A stretch of 64,000 nt of DNA, from assembly GCA_964439935.1 (NCBI GenBank), contig CAYTPW010000005.1:71410-135409 (forward strand), written 5' to 3'. This document shows, piece after piece, positions 50,370 to 60,219 of this stretch. Each line of letters starts with the position of its first letter. The stretch's first letter is position 1. Source of the stretch: an uncultured bacterium (GTDB taxonomy: Bacteria; Fidelibacterota; Marinisomatia; Marinisomatales; TCS56). The position numbers were made by a program, and so were the translations under genes. A model generated the notes under the pieces. It was not told the origin of the DNA, made no database searches, and saw only the letters and a list, made by a program, of their open reading frames with translations.

Positions 50370-51742
50370 CCAATCATTCCCAGAAAGTGACGATCAACCT
50401 GGTTCCTGGTATACAATTTACTTTGATTATGGTATCGTAATTTTAGAGCACGTCGCAGTTGGTATTCATCATCAGCAACTGTCAACTTATCGCCGGCGAA
50501 AAAATACAATGCTCCGTGCAATTGAATTGCAAAATAAAAGTTGAAGCTATCCGCCAGCTTTTCCAGAATAAACCTGTTGGAACCGCCATACCTAGTCAAT
50601 TTAACGGCCAGCATCCCGTTATTATTAACGAGATTATGCAATTCCTTGATATAGGTAGAATTAGTATCTGGTTGGGGGTGAAGATAGCGCTCGCTGTCGT
50701 TATATATTACCAGGTCATATTTAAAATCGTCCTGCTGGATGAATTTTGCTGGTTTAATATTGATGAAATTCCGTTCCGGTATTCGCAAAGATTTCAAGGA
50801 CCAGGCAATTGCTTCCGGTATATTCCGATCCTCATGCACCAGATTAATCGACTCGGGATAGGCATCAGTTTCGGTGAGATACGGTTGATTTATCAGACAA
50901 ACTGAAGGACTTTGAAGAAATGATTCGGCATAGGTTAAAAGTAAGTCCTGATCACGTTGAACCTCCGCCAATGAAATTTTAGTGATACCATTCACTATTA
51001 ACAATTGGTCATGATCACCAACCGGTAGTAAATCATATTTACTGTTTACAGTGTATTTATATGTTTCCGCAGCTCCTGCTCCTAGCTGGGCATATTTTAT
51101 TCCATATGACAATTCATTAATCTGGCGATTTAGTAATGGGAAAATTGCGATTATTACTAGACACACACCGGTGAAACGATAGATTATCAGTCGGTTGACT
51201 TGTAGAGCGGCCAATAATGCAGCGCTGATTAAAGCATAAAATAGTAGATAAAGTTGAATTGATTTGGTGGTCAGTAAAACAATCATCAGTAATCCCAGCA
51301 GAATTCCGGTCAGTATTGATAATAAATTGCTTGATGGGTCGGATTCGATTGTACCCTGTCGGAAAGAAGCTGATATGGCAGCTGTGCTGGACAAGCTGAT
51401 CAATACCAGTATAATAAGATTGATCAGTGCAGAAGATAAATAGTTGAAATTAAAGTCAATTAGACTATTTAAAAACACAGACAATGCTGGTAAAGACAAA
51501 ACCAGGATTAATTGAAACAGAACCTGGAACGGTGTCAGAACCAGTATCTGGTCAGCAAAACTGGGATTTTTGTTGAATAATCCACCCAGAACAAGCGCAA
51601 TAAATATAATATTGAACGTAATTATCAAGATGGTTTGAGCTGGCAGTGATCGGAGTAGGAGTTGCTGAAGCAGGTAGAATTGAATGATTAGCTGTATTCC
51701 GGCTAATGAAAGTGCATATTCAGAGATATTCTTCATTTTCAT
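50366..51742 (-). CDS. membrane protein with a degenerate spermidine-synthase-like domain
   Basis: ~7 TM, then LIVNG, KFIQ..KYDLVIYND, YIKEL..LVNNNGML; no GxG SAM loop; ATGA overlap with the downstream gene. Confidence 0.55.
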   Translation of the reverse strand: MKMKNISEYALSLAGIQLIIQFYLLQQLLLRSLPAQTILIITFNIIFIALVLGGLFNKNPSFADQILVLTPFQVLFQLILVLSLPALSVFLNSLIDFNFNYLSSALINLIILVLISLSSTAAISASFRQGTIESDPSSNLLSILTGILLGLLMIVLLTTKSIQLYLLFYALISAALLAALQVNRLIIYRFTGVCLVIIAIFPLLNRQINELSYGIKYAQLGAGAAETYKYTVNSKYDLLPVGDHDQLLIVNGITKISLAEVQRDQDLLLTYAESFLQSPSVCLINQPYLTETDAYPESINLVHEDRNIPEAIAWSLKSLRIPERNFINIKPAKFIQQDDFKYDLVIYNDSERYLHPQPDTNSTYIKELHNLVNNNGMLAVKLTRYGGSNRFILEKLADSFNFYFAIQLHGALYFFAGDKLTVADDEYQLRRALKLRYHNQSKLYTRNQVDRHFLGMIG

Positions 51743-51806
51743 TCAGGAAATACTACCGGATTTATCAGCAATATTACAGGTGAAAAAAATACAAGCTGCC
51801 CTGATG

Positions 51807-52016
51807 TTACAGCAGTAAACCTAATGAAATCAGTAAAAAGACTATCCCGATAAGAATTAATAATATGCCGCTTATATGACGGTAACTGATCGCGAAATCA
51901 TCGGTAATAATTATTTTATTACCCCATTCGTTGATTTTCTCGAGTAATGTCGGAGAAAAAACAAACAGTATACCAAATATAATACTGATTATCCCGATAA
52001 CAAGAATTGTGATCAT
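51807..52016 (-). CDS. small two-TM membrane protein (paralog of 60774..60980)
   Basis: 69 aa, preceded by AAGG RBS; G.L...SP..L......N..I..D..G..L..IG pattern shared with 60774..60980. Confidence 0.7.
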   Translation of the reverse strand: MITILVIGIISIIFGILFVFSPTLLEKINEWGNKIIITDDFAISYRHISGILLILIGIVFLLISLGLLL

Positions 52017-52083
52017 AGCATTTACCTTATTGAAAATAACTCAGAATTATGAGATTAAGAAATGGAATATTTTATTCATTAAC

Positions 52084-53727
52084 TTACAAATTAGCTGGTA
52101 TAATCACATCACTTCCACAGGCAAAATGCAATGCTATTGACAGTATACGTCCACCCATATGCTGATGATAGGCCGAAGATGTTTCAAGCGGATCGTTGAA
52201 AAAGTCCAGTAAATATAGATTTTTGGAACTATTACCAGGGATAATAGCAGGAGGTTGAAGTGTACAAAAAGTGATTTCTACGCCACTGAGACTCATTGCT
52301 TTACGACCTTCATTATTGTTGCACCAGGACTGCAAAGCCTGCCAGTACGTATTTCCGGGAGCTCCGAAGGAGATTTGATCGAGATAAATACCTGTAGTAT
52401 CTGACGTGATTGTCATGCCAGTTAAGGTGGCTTGAGCATCTCCACTGTTCTGCAGGGTAATTAATACATCTTCATCCGGTGGTGAAGAGCCATCTCCCTG
52501 GGCTTGAGCTAGGGTTGGACTGATTGTTGCCGGTGTGCAGGAGCCACCGGTGGAGAAACTGACTGACTGATTGGTGGCGATTAAGGAATAGAAGGTAACG
52601 GTGATATTAACATCGTCCATTGGCTGGGCCGTTCCAGTACCATCATTTAAATCAAAAAAGCCGACTGGCCCAATAGTGGTAGTTCCCTTTGTTATTCTCA
52701 GTGTTTCATCAAGTAGTAAACGGGCTCTGTTGGATGCTAAAGTAGTGCGTCCGCTAGTATTCCAGGCCCAATAAGCAGCTGTATTAACAGTAAAGTTTGA
52801 CAGATAAGCATAATCACATTCCCAGCAGTCACTGTTTTCCCAACGAAATTCTACTTCGGCAATATCGAATGTACTATTGCCATTATTATTAATATCAAAG
52901 GTGATCTCCGAATTATTAGTACCACCAAGGCTCAGTGATCCGCCTTCATAGGAAATAACCCCGTAGGATGGGTGTACGGTATATTCCAAACCCATTTCCG
53001 GACTGGTTGTAGAATTATTCTCACCGACATTGATAATCCGGTAGGTTGTATCGTCGGATAGGATTATACGTACTTCATGGGCACCGATTGGTACAGTGCT
53101 GAGGTAGGATCCTATTTCGCTGGAATAATTCATCGTGTACCAGGAATCTCCATAATATACTTCCAATGCACCATCACTTCCCCTTATAGGGTAACCGTCA
53201 GCATTTTTAATTCGAAGAGCCAGGGTATTATTCAATAAAGCATTGACACTACTGGCTATATTCAGGACAATTGGATCACCATCGTTAGATGTACTTGTAA
53301 TTGTTGGGGGTAGGGAAGGATCTCCCGGAAGAGTATATGTCATCAAGTTCTCCCAGCCATCCCGGAAAGCAACTGTAGGATCTTCTTGAATCCGAGCCTG
53401 ATCAAGATAGGGACCGTTCCAACCACCCACGCTCGGATCAGTGATCAAGGCGTTTAGGTCGGCGGGCATTTGTCCTGTATCGCCCACATATCCATATTGT
53501 AATCGAACACCCTCGCCAATAATTGCTGGATCTCCTGCAATTGCATATTTCAGATTTTCCATTTTGGATAATGTAATTCTAAAGGCACGATTATCACCAA
53601 CCCGAACAATAGTACGTATTGCAATTGTAGACATAATTCCCACAATTACCAGTACTACTACTAATTCAATAAGTGTGAATCCACTATTTGAATGTCGGTT
53701 TTTTAAAACTGTCGATTGCATGTCCAT
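52084..53727 (-). CDS. large type IV pilin-like protein (GspG-like core plus C-terminal beta domains)
   Basis: NSG|FTLIELVVVLVIVGI prepilin site; GYVGDTGQMP..L..GWNGPY..DGWEN; likely ATG 53727. Confidence 0.85.
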   Translation of the reverse strand: MDMQSTVLKNRHSNSGFTLIELVVVLVIVGIMSTIAIRTIVRVGDNRAFRITLSKMENLKYAIAGDPAIIGEGVRLQYGYVGDTGQMPADLNALITDPSVGGWNGPYLDQARIQEDPTVAFRDGWENLMTYTLPGDPSLPPTITSTSNDGDPIVLNIASSVNALLNNTLALRIKNADGYPIRGSDGALEVYYGDSWYTMNYSSEIGSYLSTVPIGAHEVRIILSDDTTYRIINVGENNSTTSPEMGLEYTVHPSYGVISYEGGSLSLGGTNNSEITFDINNNGNSTFDIAEVEFRWENSDCWECDYAYLSNFTVNTAAYWAWNTSGRTTLASNRARLLLDETLRITKGTTTIGPVGFFDLNDGTGTAQPMDDVNITVTFYSLIATNQSVSFSTGGSCTPATISPTLAQAQGDGSSPPDEDVLITLQNSGDAQATLTGMTITSDTTGIYLDQISFGAPGNTYWQALQSWCNNNEGRKAMSLSGVEITFCTLQPPAIIPGNSSKNLYLLDFFNDPLETSSAYHQHMGGRILSIALHFACGSDVIIPANL

Positions 53728-53734
53728 TACTATA

Positions 53735-55360
53735 CTAAGGAAATGTGTACCCGATGACTTGATCCGATCCACATTCAATTGAAAAAGTTATATCAAGATC
53801 ACCACTGTAAGGACCACCGGTCGAGTTAGTGACATGATCATAGAGGTTTATTGTGACTGTTGATGTCCCACCACCTCCAGTAACTGTAACCGGGGTATTG
53901 AGGCATAATGTAGCAGTAGTAGGATTACCCTCTATCTGCGGCCTGGTACCATTTCCACAGCCGCCTGGGGATATGGTTTCAGCCCAGACATTTGTGCTAG
54001 AAGGTATTTCAATGGCTCCGAGATAGGTATTGGCACCAAATGTACTTTCGATGCTGAGACTATTAATTTGGACTGGGAAGGTACCACTATTTCTAATACT
54101 GAAATCAATTGAAGTACCAACACTAGTTGGAGTACTATTGAGTGCAATGCTGGCCGGAACACAGCTCCCGGATGTGTTGAATGTTATTGACTGGCTGGGT
54201 CCAGAGGTAGGATGGAATTGTACATCAACTTTAGCACTTTTTAAATTAATTGAATTTCCAGTGCCGTCCGAAGCATCCTCAAAAATGATTGGTCCCAATG
54301 ATTTTAAACCGGAATATATTCTTAACACATTATCAAGAGAAATCCAGGCACCGTTGGCCGCCAAAGCGCTATGACCTGAATTCCATAACCAGTAGCTTAC
54401 CATATTGGCAGAAAATTGATTAAGGTAGGGGTCCTCACAATTCATGCAATCGTTGGTCAGGGCAGTGATTTCTATATTAACACGATCGATATTGAAGGTT
54501 GGCCCTCCTGAATTATTTACAATGAAGGATAACTCATTAAAACCGGCACCACCTAAACTGTAACTGGCTGCTGCATAGGTTATTGTACCATACAGTGGAT
54601 AAACAGTCATTTGTTGTGGAGAACCCATCGATGAGGCCGGTATAATTGAAAATGCCTTATAGGCCGTATCGGCGGCAGAGATTACTCGGACCTGGTGCAG
54701 GCCAATTGGTACAGTTGTTATTTCAAAATAGCCTTCACTACTTTGATAAGGAACACTGTTCCAGGCACCGGAGTAATATATTTCAGTCACTCCATTGGAA
54801 CCATTGATCATATTTCCATCCACGTCATAGGGCCTGATCCTCACCTGGTTATTGAGTATGGCGTTAACGCTGCCAGCGATGTCGCGGGTTATGGTGTCAC
54901 CATCCGCTGCTGCTAAAATCTGAGGTGTTCCAGCAGGGGCAGCAGGTAGTATATAGGTATAATTATTACCCCATGCATCACGTTTGAAATAATCTGGATC
55001 TCCGCTGTATCCAAGATCTACATAGGGTCCATCCCAGCCTGTGACAGTAGAAACATTAGAGAACAGATCATCGATGGTCGGTGGCATTACCCCGGTATCA
55101 CCAACATAACCAAAATCAATCCGGATATTATTTTGGATAACGGTTGGGCTTCCAACTATGGCTTCAGCTAAAGTCTCCATTTCAGCAAGTGTTTCATTGA
55201 ATTTGGAATTCTCATTTATCCGGCGGATTGATCGAGTAGATATACCGGCAATAATCCCGATAATGATGATAACAATAATAATTTCAATTAATGTCATCCC
55301 TGATTGATGTTCAGAAATTGTTGAACGTATAAAATGCAATATTCTCTTTAACTTGATCAT
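53735..55360 (-). CDS. large type IV pilin-like protein (GspG-like core plus C-terminal beta domains)
   Basis: QSG|MTLIEIIIVIIIIGI; GYVGDTGVMP..GWDGPY..DAWGNNYTY; ATG 55360 in an ATGA overlap. Confidence 0.85.
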   Translation of the reverse strand: MIKLKRILHFIRSTISEHQSGMTLIEIIIVIIIIGIIAGISTRSIRRINENSKFNETLAEMETLAEAIVGSPTVIQNNIRIDFGYVGDTGVMPPTIDDLFSNVSTVTGWDGPYVDLGYSGDPDYFKRDAWGNNYTYILPAAPAGTPQILAAADGDTITRDIAGSVNAILNNQVRIRPYDVDGNMINGSNGVTEIYYSGAWNSVPYQSSEGYFEITTVPIGLHQVRVISAADTAYKAFSIIPASSMGSPQQMTVYPLYGTITYAAASYSLGGAGFNELSFIVNNSGGPTFNIDRVNIEITALTNDCMNCEDPYLNQFSANMVSYWLWNSGHSALAANGAWISLDNVLRIYSGLKSLGPIIFEDASDGTGNSINLKSAKVDVQFHPTSGPSQSITFNTSGSCVPASIALNSTPTSVGTSIDFSIRNSGTFPVQINSLSIESTFGANTYLGAIEIPSSTNVWAETISPGGCGNGTRPQIEGNPTTATLCLNTPVTVTGGGGTSTVTINLYDHVTNSTGGPYSGDLDITFSIECGSDQVIGYTFP

Positions 55361-56973
55361 GGCAGAGCAAATGAAATTAATTGAGTGTGGCTGGCGGGAC
55401 ATACAAAATTGAACTGGATATCAATTACGAGGCCCGAGGAAAGTGTAACTCCGGTACTGCCGCTGGCATCATCCATGATTTCCAGGCGTACGGTAATGGT
55501 TTCATTTCCGGTAATGTATGGGAGGTTCCAGCCGGTGCAAGCCTGAAAATTAGCAGTTCCAGTATTATTATCCACTCGAGGTCTTATAAGCCCGGGACAC
55601 TCGGCTGCTCCGGGTGCTGCCCAGGCGTCATTTCCGTCGTATTGAACTCTAGATAAATAAGCCGTGGTTGAAATGTCGGTAGTAATCTCGTTAGAATTGA
55701 ATGTAGCTGTCAAAGCACCTGTATTCTTTATCGGAACATTGATGTATCCGGCACCCCAGGTCACTGTTCCATTTTTCGATAAACTTGGAGTCGCACAGCT
55801 TCCGGGGCCGTTGATGGTGATCGTACTGGTTGGTGCAAGATTGGAAAAGAATTTAAACTCGAAGGTGGACCCGTTAATATTAATACAACTGCCGGATCCA
55901 TCTGTCGCGTCTTCAAATGTGAATGGCCCCACTGTATTTTCACCGGAATACAGATACAATTTTGAGTCTAAAGAAATAATTGCCCCGCTATCCACCAGAG
56001 CACTATGACCATCATTCCATAACCAATACTGGTTCCCACTGGCATAAAAAGATTCTAAATATGGGTGCTCACAATTCCAACAACTGCTGTCTTGACTTCC
56101 CCATGCCAATCCAATTTGACTAATTTCGTAGGTCACGCTTCCGGTATTTTTTACATCAAAATACAATTGATCCTGGCAGGTTCCTTCGATATTCGTACTA
56201 CCCGAGACGAGCTGCAAGCTACCCCAGCTGGCATATACCAACATTTCCGAAGCTTGTGCTGTGGTGCTGTTATCCGGCCCCACGCCGACTGATTTATAGG
56301 TCGTATCACCGCCAGATATCGCCCGGATCTGATAAATACCGATCGGTACGGTGGATATCTGGAATCCAGTCGCGCCGGAATAGGTGAAATCATGCCAACT
56401 CTCAGCATAATCTATCTGCACGACACCATTATCGCCATCGACGGCAACGCCATTTGAATTTAATAGTTTTATTGTTATTGTATTATTAATAACCGAGTTT
56501 ACGCTTGCGGCAATTTCCCTGGTAAGTGTATCACCATCAGCCGGAGTCATAATAGTGGGGGGATCGCTTAAATTGCTGGGAAGGTTATAAACATATAGAT
56601 TACCCCAGGCATCCTGTTTATAATAATCGGGATCATCGGTGAAACCAAGGTCGATGTAGGGTCCATCCCATCCGTCAAGACCAGAAACGTTGCTGACCAG
56701 ATCCTCCAAAGTTGGTGGCAGTTGTCCCATGTCCCCTACATATCCATAGTTGGTACGCAGATTATTCTGAATAATTTCAGGATTACCGACCATGGCTTCC
56801 GCCAGTACTGTTAGCTCGGCCATTGTGCTGGTATAGTTAGCGTTGCGGAAAACGCGTACCAGTGACCGGGTGGCGATTCCGGAAATGATACCAATTATTA
56901 CTATAACCAGGACCAGTTCGATCATGGTAAAACCGGATGCTTTGATCTTTCTCATCAACATATTGGAATTCAA
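55357..56973 (-). CDS. large type IV pilin-like protein (GspG-like core plus C-terminal beta domains)
   Basis: ASG|FTMIELVLVIVIIGI; GYVGDMGQLP..GWDGPY..DAWGNLYVY. Confidence 0.85.
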   Translation of the reverse strand: MNSNMLMRKIKASGFTMIELVLVIVIIGIISGIATRSLVRVFRNANYTSTMAELTVLAEAMVGNPEIIQNNLRTNYGYVGDMGQLPPTLEDLVSNVSGLDGWDGPYIDLGFTDDPDYYKQDAWGNLYVYNLPSNLSDPPTIMTPADGDTLTREIAASVNSVINNTITIKLLNSNGVAVDGDNGVVQIDYAESWHDFTYSGATGFQISTVPIGIYQIRAISGGDTTYKSVGVGPDNSTTAQASEMLVYASWGSLQLVSGSTNIEGTCQDQLYFDVKNTGSVTYEISQIGLAWGSQDSSCWNCEHPYLESFYASGNQYWLWNDGHSALVDSGAIISLDSKLYLYSGENTVGPFTFEDATDGSGSCININGSTFEFKFFSNLAPTSTITINGPGSCATPSLSKNGTVTWGAGYINVPIKNTGALTATFNSNEITTDISTTAYLSRVQYDGNDAWAAPGAAECPGLIRPRVDNNTGTANFQACTGWNLPYITGNETITVRLEIMDDASGSTGVTLSSGLVIDIQFNFVCPASHTQLISFALP

Positions 56974-57004
56974 ATAATAAATCTATTATTCATACCTGTC
57001 AATT

Positions 57005-57054
57005 AAAAAATTCCCGGGTATTGATCGTTACCGATAACTTGCACCCGGGAATTT
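57005..57054 (-). terminator. intra-operon rho-independent terminator-like hairpin
   Basis: AAATTCCCGGGT...ACCCGGGAATTT 12-bp stem with inner GTTA-ccga-TAAC hairpin; U-run follows on the minus strand. Confidence 0.65.
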
Positions 57055-57081
57055 ATTATTTATGAGTGAATGATTGCTAGA

Positions 57082-60000
57082 TTATTCGATCTCGCATAGC
57101 GCTCCACCATTGCGACTTTCCCCGGATACAACAGTGAAACTCCCACTGACTAATCCGGGTCCGATCGGTTGTGAACAGCTGGTATGGATTTCAGTATTGA
57201 AGGTATCGTTGATATAGACTCTGATTCTGGAACCCATCGCATTGCCATTTCGCGTTCCAACGAATGAGAAAGAAGCACCAGCTGATACCGAGCCCTCGTA
57301 AATTGTGACCATATCTTGTGACTGGATGACTTTTATGGTAGCACTGCTGCCGCCATCATACTGCAAGGTCAATTGAGACACCTGCCCATCACAGCAATCC
57401 TCATCCCCGCCACTATGATCGTCACCACCATGATCGTCACCACCATGATCGTCACCATCGTGATCACCACTATGATCGCTTCCACCTGGGGTTACGAATT
57501 CTACATCATATTCACAATCTGGAGTAACTCCAAGGAAACGAACATCAAAATCGACACCTTCCATATTGCTGTTCGAGCCACTGCCGGTCGCAGCGTTCTT
57601 GAAATCTTTCAGTTCCACCTTTATGTACCGACCAGCTTCCAGCAGGTATCTTGCATCCAGATCGATTATACCACCACTTGCCAGGCGGCCGCCACTACCA
57701 TCTGCGTAATTCCAGTATTCATGTCCACCTAACTTCAATTTAGACATGAAAGCATCCGCTTTATCCCAAGTGACAGCCATGCGATCGAGTTGGACGGCGC
57801 TGGCGCCACCATTTTCAACATAGAATTTTGCCGTGCTGGAACCGCCCCCGGTTGTAGTGATATTGGTACCATACAATTGCACTACCGGGCTACCTAAGCT
57901 ACCGGTATTAAAGGTTAACGGTACTTCTTCACCTTCTACAGTAATTAATGTAACTGTGAAATTCTGTCCACGCATATCCAGGCAGTCGCCTGAACCACTG
58001 ACCCGGTCCGGTTCATTCGAGCAATCAAATACATCCCCATCGCTGCATTCACCGCATTCGTCACCATGGGCTTTATGCCGATCCCAGTAATTGACCGGAA
58101 TACAGATTGTCTGAGTGATATCAGAATCTCCGGACGGATGATGACAAATTGTGACTTTTCCATCACCGTCGTCATCGGGACAATCATACGGGGAATAACC
58201 ACCACCGCTACTTTGATCGCCGTTGTGGTCACCATTGTGATCGTCATTGTGATCACCACCATGCCCGCTATTACTCTGCCCACCTCCGGATTCACAACTA
58301 AAATGATTCTGGAATTCGAATCCGCTACCAGCACCGCCGCCGTGATCGTAGCCGCCATGACCGCTACCGCCATGACCGCCAAACCAGTAACCGGCAGTAC
58401 TCTCATCAAAACAGGCATCGGTGGCTGTAATTCCAATATACCATTGACCCATTGCATATCCAAATCCGTCACGATTATCATTGTACAGGTTTACTGTCAT
58501 ATCAACCGAACCAAAATCGTAAAATTTATTGTTCTGCAGTGAATATGTTGATCCATTCACAGTCATTGTATTCTGGTTGCCATTACCTTTCGGACGAACA
58601 TGAACCCAGGCGGCTGCGCCTGAGTAATCTGGTAGTTCGGAGTGCAGACTATCTCTGGTAAGTACCGAACCATCAGTCTTAATCAAATAAAACTCATTAT
58701 CCGCACTGTTATTGGGATTAATGTTTAACGAACCGCTGATCGTATTATCACAGTGGTCGTAAAAATAATTGCTGCCCCAGAGTGATCCGCGATTATCATT
58801 GAAACCTTGCAGGCCAACAGTGACTACGTCATCACAAATAACAACGGATTCCTCCAGAACTATATACTGGCCACTGGCGGCACGACATTGATTGTCATAC
58901 CAATAGGTTGTATTGTCTACAGTGACTTCAGTCATATATGGAATCACACAGGTTGTATCCCATTCAATTACCATTTCGACTATTTCAATACAGCACTCAC
59001 CGTAATTACCAATATCAAATTGTACATTACAATTATTATCAAATGTTTGTGTGGTTCCGTCGATCAGCCGGACACTGGCCATGCTGGGGGGGGTGCCTGG
59101 AGTGGTGAAGGCAACCCGTTGGGTAGGTGCCAGTCCAGAGAACATGCGAATTATGAACTCCGAACCTTCCATCATCATTGGACTGGCATCACCAAACCTT
59201 TGATTGGCAAATTTCAAATCTGTTATCTCAATTCCCGATCCCGGCGCTAACTCGATATCGGAGCTTAATATTAATTCCTGACCGGAGGTTGCCCTTACAC
59301 CATTATTGTCAGTGATGTAATTCCAATACGACGTTCCATTTAATATGAATGATTCCAGATATGGAACCGTACCGCACCAGGATGAACCCTTCCATTGAAT
59401 AGAGACACTGGTAATGGTAAAAGTGCATTCCCCGGTAACTTTGATATCCAAGCTAACGATATCATTCATCGCGCCGCTCAATGCTACCGATCCGTCATAT
59501 TCTATGCTGCCCCATTGGCAGGTAATAGGTGCCGGATCACAGGGCGGATTAGGACAATCGGGTGGATATAATGTATCTTCGGCAACCAGATTGATCACTG
59601 AAACTTCTAGCCCACATTCAGGGAATCCATCGCCATAGAATCCGATCGATTCATCATAATCCAATAGAATATCACCACAACCATAATTGACGTACACTTC
59701 TATTTCCAATGGCGTTAAAAACGCCCCATTTTCATCTGTGAACTGGTATTGCACTGAATTGCCTAACAATTCCGCTGTTGAACTGGCCATAGAAATTATA
59801 ATTGGATCAGTATTGCCTCCTGCTGTCGATGTAATCGTAAGATTTTCCGAATCCCAGATATAGGGATTCCCCCAGGGATCAACTAGATAATCTAATGGAT
59901 CATCGACAAATCCAACATCTAGATACGGACCTTGCCAATTGCAGTAAATTCCTGGGTCTGTCAATAGATGCTCCAAAAGAGTAGGTATTGCACCAGCATC

Positions 60001-60219
60001 TCCAATGAAACCGCAATCACCCTCGGTACAACCAATAACAGCACATTTAATTATTTCTAATTCGCGTCGAGCTTCATTCTCCCAGGTGGAAGGTGTCAAT
60101 ATCACAACTAATTGAACAGCTGTGGTAGCTATTAAGCCCAAAACGACGATCAATGCAACTAATTGAAAAAGGGTGAATCCTGAATTTTGTTTACGATGTA
60201 TTTTTTTCATGATACTCAC
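57082..60219 (-). CDS. giant (1045 aa) pilin-like protein lacking Glu5, with repeated beta domains, His/Gly/Asp-rich tracts and a Cys-rich C-terminal domain
   Basis: NSG|FTLFQLVALIVVLGL; GFIGDAG..WQGPY..DPWGNPY; KVTICH..H.AHGD.CG.C motif; C-terminal CDGQV..LTLQY..IHTSCSQPI..GGALC. Confidence 0.8.
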   Translation of the reverse strand: MSIMKKIHRKQNSGFTLFQLVALIVVLGLIATTAVQLVVILTPSTWENEARRELEIIKCAVIGCTEGDCGFIGDAGAIPTLLEHLLTDPGIYCNWQGPYLDVGFVDDPLDYLVDPWGNPYIWDSENLTITSTAGGNTDPIIISMASSTAELLGNSVQYQFTDENGAFLTPLEIEVYVNYGCGDILLDYDESIGFYGDGFPECGLEVSVINLVAEDTLYPPDCPNPPCDPAPITCQWGSIEYDGSVALSGAMNDIVSLDIKVTGECTFTITSVSIQWKGSSWCGTVPYLESFILNGTSYWNYITDNNGVRATSGQELILSSDIELAPGSGIEITDLKFANQRFGDASPMMMEGSEFIIRMFSGLAPTQRVAFTTPGTPPSMASVRLIDGTTQTFDNNCNVQFDIGNYGECCIEIVEMVIEWDTTCVIPYMTEVTVDNTTYWYDNQCRAASGQYIVLEESVVICDDVVTVGLQGFNDNRGSLWGSNYFYDHCDNTISGSLNINPNNSADNEFYLIKTDGSVLTRDSLHSELPDYSGAAAWVHVRPKGNGNQNTMTVNGSTYSLQNNKFYDFGSVDMTVNLYNDNRDGFGYAMGQWYIGITATDACFDESTAGYWFGGHGGSGHGGYDHGGGAGSGFEFQNHFSCESGGGQSNSGHGGDHNDDHNGDHNGDQSSGGGYSPYDCPDDDGDGKVTICHHPSGDSDITQTICIPVNYWDRHKAHGDECGECSDGDVFDCSNEPDRVSGSGDCLDMRGQNFTVTLITVEGEEVPLTFNTGSLGSPVVQLYGTNITTTGGGSSTAKFYVENGGASAVQLDRMAVTWDKADAFMSKLKLGGHEYWNYADGSGGRLASGGIIDLDARYLLEAGRYIKVELKDFKNAATGSGSNSNMEGVDFDVRFLGVTPDCEYDVEFVTPGGSDHSGDHDGDDHGGDDHGGDDHSGGDEDCCDGQVSQLTLQYDGGSSATIKVIQSQDMVTIYEGSVSAGASFSFVGTRNGNAMGSRIRVYINDTFNTEIHTSCSQPIGPGLVSGSFTVVSGESRNGGALCEIE
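57410..57480 (-). repeat. 15-bp tandem repeat encoding GGDDH units
   Basis: ATGATCGTCACCACC x2 plus ATGATCGTCACCATC and degenerate flanks on the + strand; encodes SDHSGDHDGDDHGGDDHGGDDHS. Confidence 0.85.

Noticed and set aside
52820-56085. CxxC motifs in pilins (CWEC, CMNC, CWNCEH) as heme-c sites of a cytochrome nanowire
   Set aside because: None is CxxCH; the His is absent or offset, so disulfides are more likely.
57410-57480. Tandem repeat as a CRISPR array
   Set aside because: Contiguous 15-bp in-frame coding units with no spacers and no cas genes.
57373-58542. Plus-strand ORFs with MIVTT repeats (57373..57732, 58066..58542)
   Set aside because: Antisense shadows of the GGDDH/GDHN repeats in the giant pilin; no independent coding evidence.
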